DNA of 63,879 nt, the filler included, from Octopus bimaculoides (taxonomy: Eukaryota): assembly GCF_001194135.2 (NCBI RefSeq). It is 5 parts of 5 records of this genome, joined end to end, with 100 filler letters (N's around TTAATTAATTAA, not from the genome) between each part and the next. Parts side by side here need not be neighbours in the genome. Positions count along the whole stretch, not along the records: positions 22,996 to 48,496 come from NC_068994.1; 4 more parts are not named here. One strand, written 5' to 3'. Below, piece by piece: positions 22,896-35,639 of this stretch (its first letter is position 1; each line of letters starts with the position of its first letter). Below the pieces are notes generated by a model. That model made no database searches, had not been told where the DNA came from, and was given only the letters and a program-made list of their open reading frames with translations. The translations under genes were made by a program, and so were the position numbers.

Positions 22896-22995
22896 NNNNN
22901 NNNNNNNNNNNNNNNNNNNNNNNNNNNNNNNNNNNNNNNTTAATTAATTAANNNNNNNNNNNNNNNNNNNNNNNNNNNNNNNNNNNNNNNNNNNN
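22896..22995. other. Artificial scaffold-joining spacer N44-TTAATTAATTAA-N44
   Basis: Exactly 100 bp, identical at four places; the 12-mer places stop codons in all six frames. Confidence 0.95.
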
Positions 22996-23849
22996 ATACA
23001 TACATACATACATACATACATACATACATAATATTAAAATGAATAATAATATGCACGAAAATTTATGTCAACACAGTAATATCAAGGTAATCCAAATTGG
23101 TAAATTACAAGCTGAACATCTGAAAAAATTTTAGCTGTTAAAAAACGCTAACAAAAAGAAACGCCAAACTGAATTTAACTTTAGGCATTCATTCATTCAA
23201 CCTAATTTTGCTTATAAAGATAAAATATAAAAAATACCATACTAATTCCATATTTTTGACAATTTGAAATCTACATAAAAAAAAACCTAACGTTGAGAAC
23301 GAGTACATATCTACAAAATTGATGACGTCATTGGATGTCTAAAGAACAAAAACTGCAGACGAGTATTCTACGTTATGCTAAATACATAGCTAAAGAATAA
23401 AAACTACGTCAAAGTAACCAAATATCTATTTATTCATTATAATAAATTCTTATATAGGAATTAACTTTATTATATAATAGTTGAAAATTATTAATTATAA
23501 TTAATAATAATATATACGATTATTGATGACTACGCTAGATAACTAAAGAATAAAAATAACGGATAAGATAATTAAATACCTATTCATTTTTACATTATAC
23601 CCTTTTATAGGAATTAATATTATGTAATAATCGAAAAATTACTATAATTGATAATATATACAATTCTTGATGATCTCGGTTGATAATTATAAGAATAAAA
23701 ATTATAGATGAGAATTCTACGTTATGCTTAATCGAATCTTAAATACTTTACATCGCTATAACTAATTACTTCTTAAGCAATTTAATAGATATTAACCATA
23801 TTACATAATTAAAAGATTAATTACAATTAAAAGATTAAAAGATTATTAC

Positions 23850-24860
23850 AATTAATAATTGAAATATTTGAATGTCTTTCTAAATTTATGGCAACATCTT
23901 AAGGTTAAGTGTCTATTAAAATTCAATAAAATTAATTTAGAAGTAATTATAAAATATAATTCTTCTATGCAAAGATCACAAGTAGAATTACCAATATTAT
24001 ATGATGGAGCATAACTAATAATGGATCACTTTAAATCATATCTGATATTCTTATCATTTAAATTCCAAATGCATTTACTAAGATTAGTAGGATTAAATTT
24101 TCTTCTGTATTGAAAAGAATTAGAATGATTATAAAATCTAGATTTCCAACTGGTAGCAGAACCAATATATCAATATTTACGATGTCTAGTTATTACTTCA
24201 TATCGATATACTGTATTATTCTCTAAACACTGATTTCTTAAAGGGCATCGAGTTTTATTTATACAATTACACATGGATTTGTTCACTTGTAACTTTCCCT
24301 CATAGTTATAAGAATTTCTACTAGCACGAGTCTGTAAAATAGGTATTAAGGTTGGATTATAATAATAATTATTATTATTAGAATTACTATTAATACAAGG
24401 TAAAAGACTAGCTACATTATCAGTATTTTGATGAATTATAGAATCTAAACCTTGTTCCGAATGATTATCAATAACATTAATTTCACTATACATATTATCA
24501 GTTCTACAATTATTTATAGATTTAGAATTTAGATATTCTCTGATTCTCTGTTTACTTTGTACTGCAATAATCTCAGCTAAATTTCTAGTAATTGAATACG
24601 AAAACTTAACACTATGTCTATTTAAATAATTTCCCATATTTACTTGAAGGTGGGAAATACCTATCTAGTGCTGCAAAGAATTTACTTGGGATATTAGAAG
24701 CTATTGAATCTCAAAAAGGAGCATTATACCATATAACATTTGTTGATCTAGTTTACTTATTATTTCTATAAACTTTTTTGTGAGTATTACTTTTACTAAA
24801 ATTGAGTTGCTTCCTATTATAATTTTTATTCATAAATTTATTATTACTATCATTATTATT
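23850..24860 (-). mobile_element. Penelope-like element (Naiad-type) 3' half, degraded
   Basis: NVIWYNAPF, RHSVKFSYS, CNCINKTRCPLRNQC, TVYRYEV..YIGSATSWKSRFYNHSNSF, LSKCIWNL and CDLCIEE motifs. Confidence 0.85.
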
Positions 24861-24939
24861 ATTATCATTGCCTTTGCACAGCTTCTAACGCTGGAGATGT
24901 ACTAGGGTGTCAGCTGTTGACTACCAGTGAACTAAGGTT

Positions 24940-24949
24940 ATTATTATTA

Positions 24950-25021
<72 letters not shown>
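24940..25021. repeat. (TTA)n microsatellite at the 3' end of the Dong-like element
   Basis: Direct inspection. Confidence 0.95.
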
Positions 25022-25022
<1 letters not shown>

Positions 25023-28000
25023 TTTACACTCAACAGATTAGACTCTTGGAAAAGAAAAGAATCCTAACATCAGGCTACAACAAGTAGCCTTAGATGCCAA
25101 GAACCCTCCTATTGGGTTACATCAAGTAACTTTAGATGCCAAGAACCCTCTTGAATATCCTAACTGTCCCTAATAAGAGTTTTCGGCAACTCTACTAAAC
25201 TGGGTTTTATGCCTGTTTCCTAAATCCATCTGTTCAAATCTTTAGGGATAGTTCCCAATGCATCTATAAGTACTGGGATACATTTTACCCGCACTTTCCA
25301 TAGTTCCTGTAATTCAATAGCTAGATCCTGGTACTTTGCTATTTTTTCTATACTTCTCATATTAATCTTTCCATCATTTAGGACTGCAAAGTCAATTACT
25401 TTGCACTTTCTATTCTCTTTATCTATTAATACCAAATCAGGCCTTCTAGCTTCTATTACTCTGTCAGCTTGAATGTTCAAGCCCCACAACATCTTGTATT
25501 TCTTACTTTCTAGTACTTTACTAGGTTTATGTTCGTACCATTTATCAGTGTGTTCAAATCCTAGCTTTCTACATAGCTCCCAGTGGATTAATCTCCCTAA
25601 ATTGTTGTCTTTTCTTGTATTCTTCTGTGCCAGTATGTTACGTTCACTTACTATATGAGTAACGCTTTCCTCTTTTGATTTTCATAATCTACATTGGGAA
25701 TCTACTTGGTTTTTGTTTATTTTGGCTTTTATCCAATTAGTCCTTAATGCTTGATCTTGTGCAGCGACCAACAAACTATCTGTCTTCCTCTTCAGCTTTA
25801 TACACCCACAACCATGTCTCACTACTACTATTTGCTGAAACTATATTTGGGAATCTACAATGCAACGCCTTCTCCTGCTAGTCAGATAATTTCTGTTCTT
25901 TTTTCTGGTTTTTAACTTTTCTGGTTTTTAACTTTTTGGTTTCCCTATGTCTTGCTGTGACTCTAGCATCTTTTAATATCTACTCTAGCTAACTCTACGC
26001 AGTCTTCTACTAACATTAACCCTCTTCCACCTTCCTTTCTAGGCAGGTATAATCTTGATACTCCTGCCCTTGGGTAGAGTCCTCCATTCATATTGAACTC
26101 TTTCCTAATTCTTCTGTCTAGCTTTGATAATTCAGTTTTTGTCCAATCTACAAAAGCTGCTGAGTATCTAACTAATGACACTGCCCAAGTATTTACAGCC
26201 TTCACTAGATTCGGACCATTTAGCTTTGACTTCATTGGCTTCCTCAGCTTTCTCTGTCCGATTCTAATACTCCTAGCTACTTATAACTCTCTCTCTCTCT
26301 CTCCTCCTTTCAATGATTTTAATGTCTGACCATCTGGTAATTGGATGCCTTTACTGTTGACTATCTGTTCCCTTCTCATGACTAATATTGTACATTTATC
26401 TATGCCAAATTCCATGCCTATATCTTTGCTGAAGAGTCTTACAGTCTATATTAAGGAATCTATCTCTTTTTCATTCATACTAAAAATCTTCAGATCATCT
26501 ATGTAGAGCAAATGGTTAATTTTTCCATTACTATTTCTGAACTGATATCCTGCCTTTGCCTTCCTTAATACTAAATTTAGGGGAATCAAACATAAAACAA
26601 ATATTAAATGGGGTAACGAGACCCCTGGAAAATTCCTCTTTTGATATTAACTTTCCCTAAGAGTGTGTCGCCTGAGTAGAGATCTACTTTCCATTTCTTC
26701 ATGCAAAAGCTAGTCAATTCTCTTATGTTGTCTGCTCAAATATTCACTTATCCATGAGTGTGGGATAATGTCATAGGCTTTCCTCTAATCTATTTATGCT
26801 ATTGTTAGATTTTTCTTTCTAGCTTTTATTTCATTTAGAACTGCTTTGTCCATATATAATAGATTATGCGTTCCTCTAGCCTTCTTCCTGCAACCTTTCT
26901 GTTCTGGTAGTAAATTCTGATTGTCAAGGTGCTCGTCATTGCTTTCTGAAAGCATTTCTGTTAACAGCTTCCACACTAATAGTAAGCAAGTGATTGGTCT
27001 ATAGTTGCTAGCTGTATTACCCTTGCTCTTATCCTTCATAATGAGTATTGTCCTCCCTCTAGTCATCCAATCTGGTATTATTCTTCCATTAAGGCAATCT
27101 TGAAGTTATTCCCTCAGCCTCCCATGTAAACTACTAAATTTATTTAACCAGTACCCTTGAACTAAATCTGGTCCTGGGCCCTTCCAATTCTGTATTTTTC
27201 CTTACACTTTACTCATTAATACACTAGTAATTCTCACTCACTACTTCTCCCCTCACTTTCTTTAACCATACTGCATCTCCATTATGATTGACTAGTTTAT
27301 CAAAAATATTACTCCAGAACTTTCTAGCTTCCTCTGCATTAGGCTTCTCATCTTCAGTACTACGTTCTCCACTGTTTATTTGGTTATAAAATCTCCTCTG
27401 GTCTGTCTCAAATAATCTATTCTGTTCATACTCATCTATTCTTTTCTGATATCTGGAGAACTTGCCTACTACCTCCATGATACGTTGTTTCAACTCTTCT
27501 ATTATTGTCCCAAATCCTTTCTCTTTGACTAAATATCTTTCCTCGAGGCAAGATTTGAATCTTATGTTTCCTAACCTGTTTGTTTTCCAGGCTTCTATTA
27601 TACTCAGATCTTGTCTTAAAGTCTTCACTTTATTTTGTAGTCTTCTTTTCCACATTAGCTCTTTTTAAATCTTTCCCTATGAGATATCTAATCTTCTGGT
27701 GACTACTACCCCTCCTGCATAGATCAATAAGTTAGTGTCTTCTATATTTTTAGTATCTATCCTACNNNNNNNNNNNNNNNNNNNNNNNNNNNNNNNNNNN
27801 NNNNNNNNNNNNNNNNNNNNNNNNNNNNNNNNNNNNNNNNNNNNNNNNNNNNNNNNNNNNNNNNNNNNNNNNNNNNNNNNNNNNNNNNNNNNNNNNNNNN
27901 NNNNNNNNNNNNNNNNNNNNNNNNNNNNNNNNNNNNNNNNNNNNNNNNNNNNNNNNNNNNNNNNNNNNNNNNNNNNNNNNNNNNNNNNNNNNNNNNNNNN

Positions 28001-28900
28001 NNNNNNNNNNNNNNNNNNNNNNNNNNNNNNNNNNNNNNNNNNNNNNNNNNNNNNNNNNNNNNNNNNNNNNNNNNNNNNNNNNNNNNNNNNNNNNNNNNNN
28101 NNNNNNNNNNNNNNNNNNNNNNNNNNNNNNNNNNNNNNNNNNNNNNNNNNNNNNNNNNNNNNNNNNNNNNNNNNNNNNNNNNNNNNNNNNNNNNNNNNNN
28201 NNNNNNNNNNNNNNNNNNNNNNNNNNNNNNNNNNNNNNNNNNNNNNNNNNNNNNNNNNNNNNNNNNNNNNNNNNNNNNNNNNNNNNNNNNNNNNNNNNNN
28301 NNNNNNNNNNNNNNNNNNNNNNNNNNNNNNNNNNNNNNNNNNNNNNNNNNNNNNNNNNNNNNNNNNNNNNNNNNNNNNNNNNNNNNNNNNNNNNNNNNNN
28401 NNNNNNNNNNNNNNNNNNNNNNNNNNNNNNNNCCCTTTTTTAGGTTCACTTTCTGAGTAGTACTGTATCACCATCCTGTTTTCTTCGTTGGTCCACTTCC
28501 TCCTCCTTGCTCTATTATCTGCTGATGCTGTATTAGGATAACAGCTGTGGTCAGTCTGCATCTTTACTGATCCACAGCCGAGCGAGAGGCCTTCCCTTAA
28601 AGGTCCAACTTCATTTTCACTGTTACAAACAGAGTTCTTCGGAAACTCCTGTCTCTCATAAACTGAGGTAAGGTAACGTTCGTCACCATCGTCATCACCA
28701 CTATTATTTTTCGACATCTGAAAGGTTCATGCAGCTTTCTATTGCATCATTTGTTGCATTTTTAATTGGTGAGGTGGTGTGCTACATTTTCTGGTGGGTG
28801 TGGATATTGTATTGTATCAGTAAGTTTTGTTATGTGGTTTTGTTTGAGTCTTCTGTTGTATTAGTTTTTATATCATGTATTGTTTGTGTAGCGCAGGTTG
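25022..28900 (-). mobile_element. Near full-length R4/Dong-type non-LTR retrotransposon, frameshifted pseudogene with an internal gap
   Basis: N-terminal RRRKWTNEEN motif, RT (NYRPITCL, QKGCRK, HLLYIDDLKIF), VNTWAVSLVRY, RLYLPRKEGGRGL and RLE (RRPDLVLID..IDFAV..EKIAKYQDL); 3' end abuts (TAA)n. Confidence 0.92.
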
Positions 28901-28914
28901 TGTTCTTCTTATTT

Positions 28915-29025
28915 CTTTATTGCCCACAAGGGGCTAAACAGAGAGGGGACAAACAAGGACAGAGAAAGGGATTAAGTCGATTACATCAACCCCAGTGCGT
29001 AACTGGTACTTAATTTATCGACTTC
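28915..29025 (-). mobile_element. SINE family B, 3' fragment
   Basis: Matches 41107-41220 (gcccacaagggg...ttaagtcgattac.atc.accccagtgcgtaactggtact). Confidence 0.8.
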
Positions 29026-29083
29026 NNNNNNNNNNACCATTCTTTTGTTTGGATTTGCTATGGGTTCCGTTAATTATTATTAT

Positions 29084-29129
<46 letters not shown>

Positions 29130-29874
29130 TGTAGTAGTAGTAGTAGTAGTAGTATCACTTTCATTATCATCTTCTTTCAACACTGTTTCCTTTTCTTGCC
29201 GAGTGCCTTCCTGATACCTAAGGCAAAGAAACGCACTGTATACATTTGTAGGCCATTAAAATAATTACAAGTCATGTGATAGAAAAAAGGGGAAGAAAGA
29301 CAGAGAGAAAAAGGAAAAAATATAAAATATAAATGTAAACGAAGAAAATAAATTCACAACGACAATGCCCTTCTCAATGCATGTGACGTAGTAGTTAATA
29401 TAATCTTTTGCACTTCCTGCATGGATGGTAATCCAGAGACCATACTTAAATAATTTTCAGTTCCTTTCTTGATCTTTCCAAATGCTCCTACAATCATTAG
29501 TAATGTAACCGTCTTGAGATGCCATCTTTGCTCCTACTACTGTGTGGTATAATTAAATATTGTTTAGTTTCGACTTTTGTCGAATATATATATATATATA
29601 TACTGATGCTTACAGCGTTGAACTTTTGAATTTTGGGATTAAGGGGTGGGATTTTTTGAATTTTCTTTTTCTTTTTATCGTTTTGGCTGTGGTTTACAGT
29701 TTTCGTAAATGTGCAGTTTGTATATATTGGCTGGTGCTTATCTCGTTAATTTTTATCATGCTTTTAATTTGCTGCAATAAAAGGTATGTTTACATATTCG
29801 AGTAGTCAGGGAGAAAAGAAGGGTAAAATTTTCACAGAAAGTTGTTGATATTAAAGTTTTTAATAATAATAATA

Positions 29875-29933
<59 letters not shown>

Positions 29934-29957
29934 CATCATCATCATCANNNNNNNNNN

Positions 29958-30033
<76 letters not shown>

Positions 30034-30044
30034 TCTATCTAAAT

Positions 30045-30780
30045 ATTTAATTTTTCTTATAATCCTTATTAATTTTCAACATCTAAATAATCCTATCATT
30101 TTCTAGAACTTTATTATTATAATGATGATTCTGGATGTAGTAAACCTTATGTTTATATCCAGCTTCCAATAATGCATGCTTATAATAACTTTTATTTTGC
30201 TTAAATATATCCTCATTAGCCGAAAACTTCGAAATAGATATATTCTTAATGATTGAATTTATTATGCTTCTGGGATGATTAGAATTTTTATTTATATGCC
30301 TTAAGCATTCATTAAGCTTATGATAAGGCTGGTATAATTATGTAAATCAAGAGTAATATCCAGAAAATTAACCCTATCATATTCATTTTCTATAGTAATT
30401 GAAAGACCAAGACACTTAAAGAATTTATAAAGATTTTTTCTATACCTTTCTAAATTAACCATATTAGATTTATATATAGTGAAAAAGTGTCATCTCTATA
30501 TAATTCACCTTCTAATTCTGAAAATTCAGATAATTGCAGGTATCAAAATAGTTAATGCATTCCCTGTAGAATTCTAAACCTTTGTTCAGAGTAGAAAATT
30601 GCGTGAGGATTTTAATATCAATATAAAGGAGACAGGATTATATTGTAAAAGAATCCTTCTAAAGATTTTTATTTTCATAGAATTGTTTTCATTACCATTA
30701 GCACTAAAATGTAAAGATGTTAAAGATAAACTAACATTCTTAATGATAATGTTTGAGAAACTCTGACATTGAAGCCAGTG
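30045..30780 (-). mobile_element. Penelope-like (Naiad-type) reverse transcriptase fragment
   Basis: Minus strand ELYRDD catalytic motif, FLDITLDL, PYHKLNECLRHINKNSNHPRSII, YYKHALLEAGY. Confidence 0.8.
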
Positions 30781-30949
30781 TTGATCCTCTCCCACTCGAA
30801 AACACAATCTACATTGACAAGGTTAGATAAGTTACAATTGGGAATGGTTTGCCATTCAAAGTTTTCTTCTGTCACAAAACGCCTCCGACCTTATTTTCTT
30901 GCTGAACGAAGAGGAAGGAAGTGTCCATGGGAGGTTTCCGAGGCCCCTG

Positions 30950-31110
30950 AGGTTGGTGTCCTTAATGCTCCCCTTAAACCTCTGTAGCGCTTGCAGGAAA
31001 GACATGAGCAGGGTGAGAGTTCCAGGAAGCCGATATTTTGGCAAGAAAGGACTGGATAAAGGGGGCAGTGCAGACCTGAGGGAAGGATGATACACGAATG
31101 GATCGAGAAT
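30950..31110 (-). mobile_element. Jockey/CR1-group LINE 3' coding end, short fragment
   Basis: FIQSFLAKISASWNSHPAHVFP resembles the SF..RT..LWNSLP..VFP terminal motif. Confidence 0.45.
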
Positions 31111-31129
31111 GTTTAAGATAAATATAATT

Positions 31130-31520
31130 TATATGCATCGAAGTACATCTGTTTCGTAGCTGGTGGACCAGGGTGTTATCGTAGCTTTCAAGATGTACTA
31201 TCTGCAGAAAATAGTCACTGTGCTTATACACAAACTATGATGTTACTGTAATTCAACATTTTAAAGGCTGTTCATTTTATTGATATCGCTTTGAAAACGG
31301 TGACTAGAAACTACTTAAATGCAGCATTGAAGGAAGTTCTATGCCAAGCAAGAAACGAGTTTCGAAGAATTTGGGTCAGTAGAGGAGAGTTTGCTGTAGA
31401 GGGTGTAATGCATGCTCTTGTATGCATTACAGATGGCCAACTAAAACTATTTCTTACTAAAACTAACTCTTTGATTGAGGAGGACGGCAGAATGACTGGA
31501 AGTGAAATGGCTTTGTAAAG
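31130..31520 (+). mobile_element. pogo/Tigger-type DDE transposase fragment
   Basis: LVDQGVIVAFKMYYL followed by FNILKAVHFIDIALKTVTRNYLNAA, typical of Tigger DDE_1 C-terminal motifs. Confidence 0.7.
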
Positions 31521-31599
31521 TCATTTAACGTCGATTTGTTGGAGGGAGTGAGCTAATGTATAGCACATATTTTCATCACGATAAGCAAATCATTTGTGC

Positions 31600-31701
<102 letters not shown>

Positions 31702-32796
31702 TTAATAATAATAATAATAATAAATTCGCAATTCTAACCAAAACCTGAAAATAATTGGTAAAATCCGCCTTGCACTTAAGGATATAATTTCAGCTAATGA
31801 TGTTGATNNNNNNNNNNNNNNNNNNNNNNNNNNNNNNNNNNNNNNNNNNNNNNNNNNNNNNNNNNNNNNNNNNNNNNNNNNNNNNNNNNNNNNNNNNNNN
31901 NNNNNNNNNNNNNNNNNNNNNNNNNNNNNNNNNNNNNNNNNNNNNNNNNNNNNNNNNNNNNNNNNNNNNNNNNNNNNNNNNNNNNNNNNNNNNNNNNNNN
32001 NNNNNNNNNNNNNNNNNNNNNNNNNNNNNNNNNNNNNNNNNNNNNNNNNNNNNNNNNNNNNNNNNNNNNNNNNNNNNNNNNNNNNNNNNNNNNNNNNNNN
32101 NNNNNNNNNNNNNNNNNNNNNNNNNNNNNNNNNNNNNNNNNNNNNNNNNNNNNNNNNNNNNNNNNNNNNNNNNNNNNNNNNNNNNNNNNNNNNNNNNNNN
32201 NNNNNNNNNNNNNNNNNNNNNNNNNNNNNNNNNNNNNNNNNNNNNNNNNNNNNNNNNNNNNNNNNNNNNNNNNNNNNNNNNNNNNNNNNNNNNNNNNNNN
32301 NNNNNNNNNNNNNNNNNNNNNNNNNNNNNNNNNNNNNNNNNNNNNNNNNNNNNNNNNNNNNNNNNNNNNNNNNNNNNNNNNNNNNNNNNNNNNNNNNNNN
32401 NNNNNNNNNNNNNNNNNNNNNNNNNNNNNNNNNNNNNNNNNNNNNNNNNNNNNNNNNNNNNNNNNNNNNNNNNNNNNNNNNNNNNNNNNNNNNNNNNNNN
32501 NNNNNNNNNNNNNNNNNNNNNNNNNNNNNNNNNNNNNNNNNNNNNNNNNNNNNNNNNNNNNNNNNNNNNNNNNNNNNNNNNNNNNNNNNNNNNNNNNNNN
32601 NNNNNNNNNNNNNNNNNNNNNNNNNNNNNNNNNNNNNNNNNNNNNNNNNNNNNNNNNNNNNNNNNNNNNNNNNNNNNNNNNNNNNNNNNNNNNNNNNNNN
32701 NNNNNNNNNNNNNNNNNNNNNNNNNNNNNNNNNNNNNNNNNNNNNNNNNNNNNNNNNNNNNNNNNNNNNNNNNNNNNNNNNNNNNNNNTATATATA

Positions 32797-33566
32797 TATG
32801 AGGTGCTGCAGAGAAGACGGACGTTTCTGAAAAATTCACAAAATCATTAATTTTAGGTGCAAACAACTTTTATTGACATCAGTGTGTTCGTATTGAATTA
32901 GCATTTGTCAAAATTAAGTGTGGAAAACAACATTTATCATGTGGTGTCCGTTTTCATTGATGCATTTCTGAAGGTGCTCACCAGCATTGCTCTGTACATA
33001 GTGCACTAACGTCGATTTGTTGGAGGGAGTGAGCTAATGTATGGGATTATAATATTTTATTATTATTATCATATTATTATATATTATTATTATTATAATA
33101 TATTATTATTGCTCTGTAAATAGTCCAATGGTTTCAACTGTTGCCCAATGACCAATTCTACGGGTGGAAATGCAGGTCTTCATGCAAAATACGCTTTACC
33201 GATCGATTACCGATGCCAAGTTCAGTGGAATGCCTCCAAGCAGAGCGATTCTGACTACATATCAAAGCATGTCTGATGCGTTCCACATTTTCCGGGGTCC
33301 GTACTGTTCGTGGCATCCCCACTGGTCTCCTATTCATTAGTGTACCTCGTGTACGAAGTGCATTCACCCAACGTAAGATTGTGTTACAGGTGGGAACAGC
33401 CTGATTTCGGTGAATGTTGAAGTGACGCCGAAACTCACACTGAACTACTGTGACAGACTCGTTATTCTTCATGTAACCGTCGTAGACAAACACACGATGC
33501 TCAATCGTGCACAGCACCATGGCTTCACCTGAAAAGAAAAAAAATGCTAAAACACCACAGACCGAA
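32797..33566 (-). mobile_element. Internally deleted Tc1/mariner element (DUF4817-like HTH N-terminus plus C-terminal end)
   Basis: ESVTVVQCEFRRHF..PTCNTILRWV...RTVRTPENVERIR...SVKRILHEDLHFHP at 33158-33500; CINENGHH C-terminus and TIR-like TATGAGGTGCTG near 32800. Confidence 0.78.
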
Positions 33567-34476
33567 TGGTACCTGTNNNNNNNNNNNNNNNNNNNNNNNN
33601 NNNNNNNNNNNNNNNNNNNNNNNNNNNNNNNNNNNNNNNNNNNNNNNNNNNNNNNNNNNNNNNNNNNNNNNNNNNNNNNNNNNNNNNNNNNNNNNNNNNN
33701 NNNNNNNNNNNNNNNNNNNNNNNNNNNNNNNNNNNNNNNNNNNNNNNNNNNNNNNNNNNNNNNNNNNNNNNNNNNNNNNNNNNNNNNNNNNNNNNNNNNN
33801 NNNNNNNNNNNNNNNNNNNNNNNNNNNNNNNNNNNNNAATTCGTCGTTAAACGAATATTCATTGGCTACGTATTTTTTTATAGGTATAGTGTACTGTACG
33901 TACATATAAAAACAGAATACCGTACTGTATAAAGTACATGCAGTATAGGGTCAAGAATCACTAACATAAATTGTTGAAAAATTAATAAGTGACAGTAAGA
34001 TTATCACAAGGAAAACATTAAAAGTTAGAATATGGATACTGTATTATTGTAGCTCAGACATCGTAAGTATGTTTGTGATTCCAGGCCCAGTACATAAGAT
34101 GCCTAATAAACCTTTCTCGGGATTATATAGAAAAGGTGAAAAGGTTTAAGGAAACTCAAACATAATAACTTTGTTTTACTTTGGATAAAGATTACAAAAG
34201 CAACTCATTCTTGACATCAAAATTCATGAAAAATCCCGTCAGTGTTGTTTGTTTTGTTATCTTCTTTTTTTCGTCATAAATTTCTCGATAACACGTTCTT
34301 GTACAGCGCACAATACGACAGTCAAAATTTTTAAGTTTTTATACTTTGTAAAATATGTAATGACGGCTCGTAAAGTTCGTCGTAACTCCGAGTGGTCTTT
34401 AAATAGGTAGGTCGTTAAATGAGGACAGTCTGTATATGTATATGTATATATATATATACATACATACATACATACA

Positions 34477-34512
<36 letters not shown>

Positions 34513-35252
34513 CACACACACACACACGTGTGTGTATACAACGAACATCTATTTCTTTATATCAGACTGCGGTCACGCAGTGATGCGCATTGAAGATTTT
34601 ATGTAATCAATTATATTGAGTCAAATTATTTGTCTGGTATTCGTATTATCGATCTCTATTTAACGAATCGTTGAAGTCTCCGAATCATTAAGGATAAAAT
34701 TAAATTCAAACTATCACAACTAATAGAAAAACGTTTCGTGGTCTCTGTTGGTCAGGGTCTGGCCTGTTTCATGGCTACCATCGTTTTACAACTGGTTAAA
34801 TTGATTTCTTTTTTGCCTTTATTTTCTCTGTTCGTGTTTGTTCTATCATAAAATTTTTGTTTCTTTCACAAGAGATATCCACTAGTATGTTAATGTATTA
34901 ACGCATTTTCCTTCGTGCTGTTTATGAAATTCTAAACCTTTAATGTGATGCCGTACCGTTTGAATTGCTATGGGAATGTTATACATGACGTTGGTAGTTG
35001 TAGAGGTGGTTGTAGTCAACGGTAGGTAAGTCTGTAATCCCAACCCAACCGTAAAAATAATTACCCTATGATGTTATCGGAGACGTGTTATTTTAGAGAA
35101 AAAAACTAATTCTAGAAATTGTAGCATTTGAAGATTTGCAGTGATTGTTGAAGCAGCGATAATCAAATAAACAATACGTCTTTAAGATTTTCTCCTTTTT
35201 TTTTAGTTCTTTAGTAATAATAATAATAATAATAATAATATTAATAATAATA

Positions 35253-35296
<44 letters not shown>

Positions 35297-35304
35297 AATA
35301 ATCT

Positions 35305-35357
35305 CAACCACATGGTTCCAGGTTCAGTCCCACTGCGTGGCACCTTANNNNNNNNNN

Positions 35358-35409
<52 letters not shown>

Positions 35410-35620
35410 TGTGAGTGTGTATTTATCACCCACCATCGCTAGACAACTGGTGGTGGTATGTTTACGTCCCTGTAACTTAACGGTTCGGCAAAAGGTACCT
35501 ATAGAATAAGTACTAGGCTTCAAAAAATAATAAGCCCTAGGGTCGATTTGTTCGACTAAAACCCTTCAAGATGGTGTTCCAGCATAACCGCAGTCAAATG
35601 ACTAAACAAGTAAAAGGTGA
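35305..35620 (+). mobile_element. SINE family A spanning a small gap
   Basis: aaccacatggttccaggttcagtcccactgcgtggcacc head part and the 3' half. Confidence 0.82.
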
Positions 35621-35639
35621 AAGATAAAAATAATAATAA

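Noticed and set aside
23040-23900. Very AT-rich segment resembling a mitochondrial insertion
   Set aside because: No recognisable mitochondrial gene, rRNA or tRNA motif; contiguous with a PLE 3' end
23990-24175. In-frame TGA codons in the Naiad-type PLE as possible selenocysteine recoding
   Set aside because: One TGA sits where Trp is expected (TGG>TGA), neither is at a Cys position, and other stops and frameshifts show ordinary decay
34715-34765. Minus-strand CTGACCA..GAAACGTT hammerhead-like motif
   Set aside because: The core deviates (no GA at positions 8-9), and helices I and II do not pair
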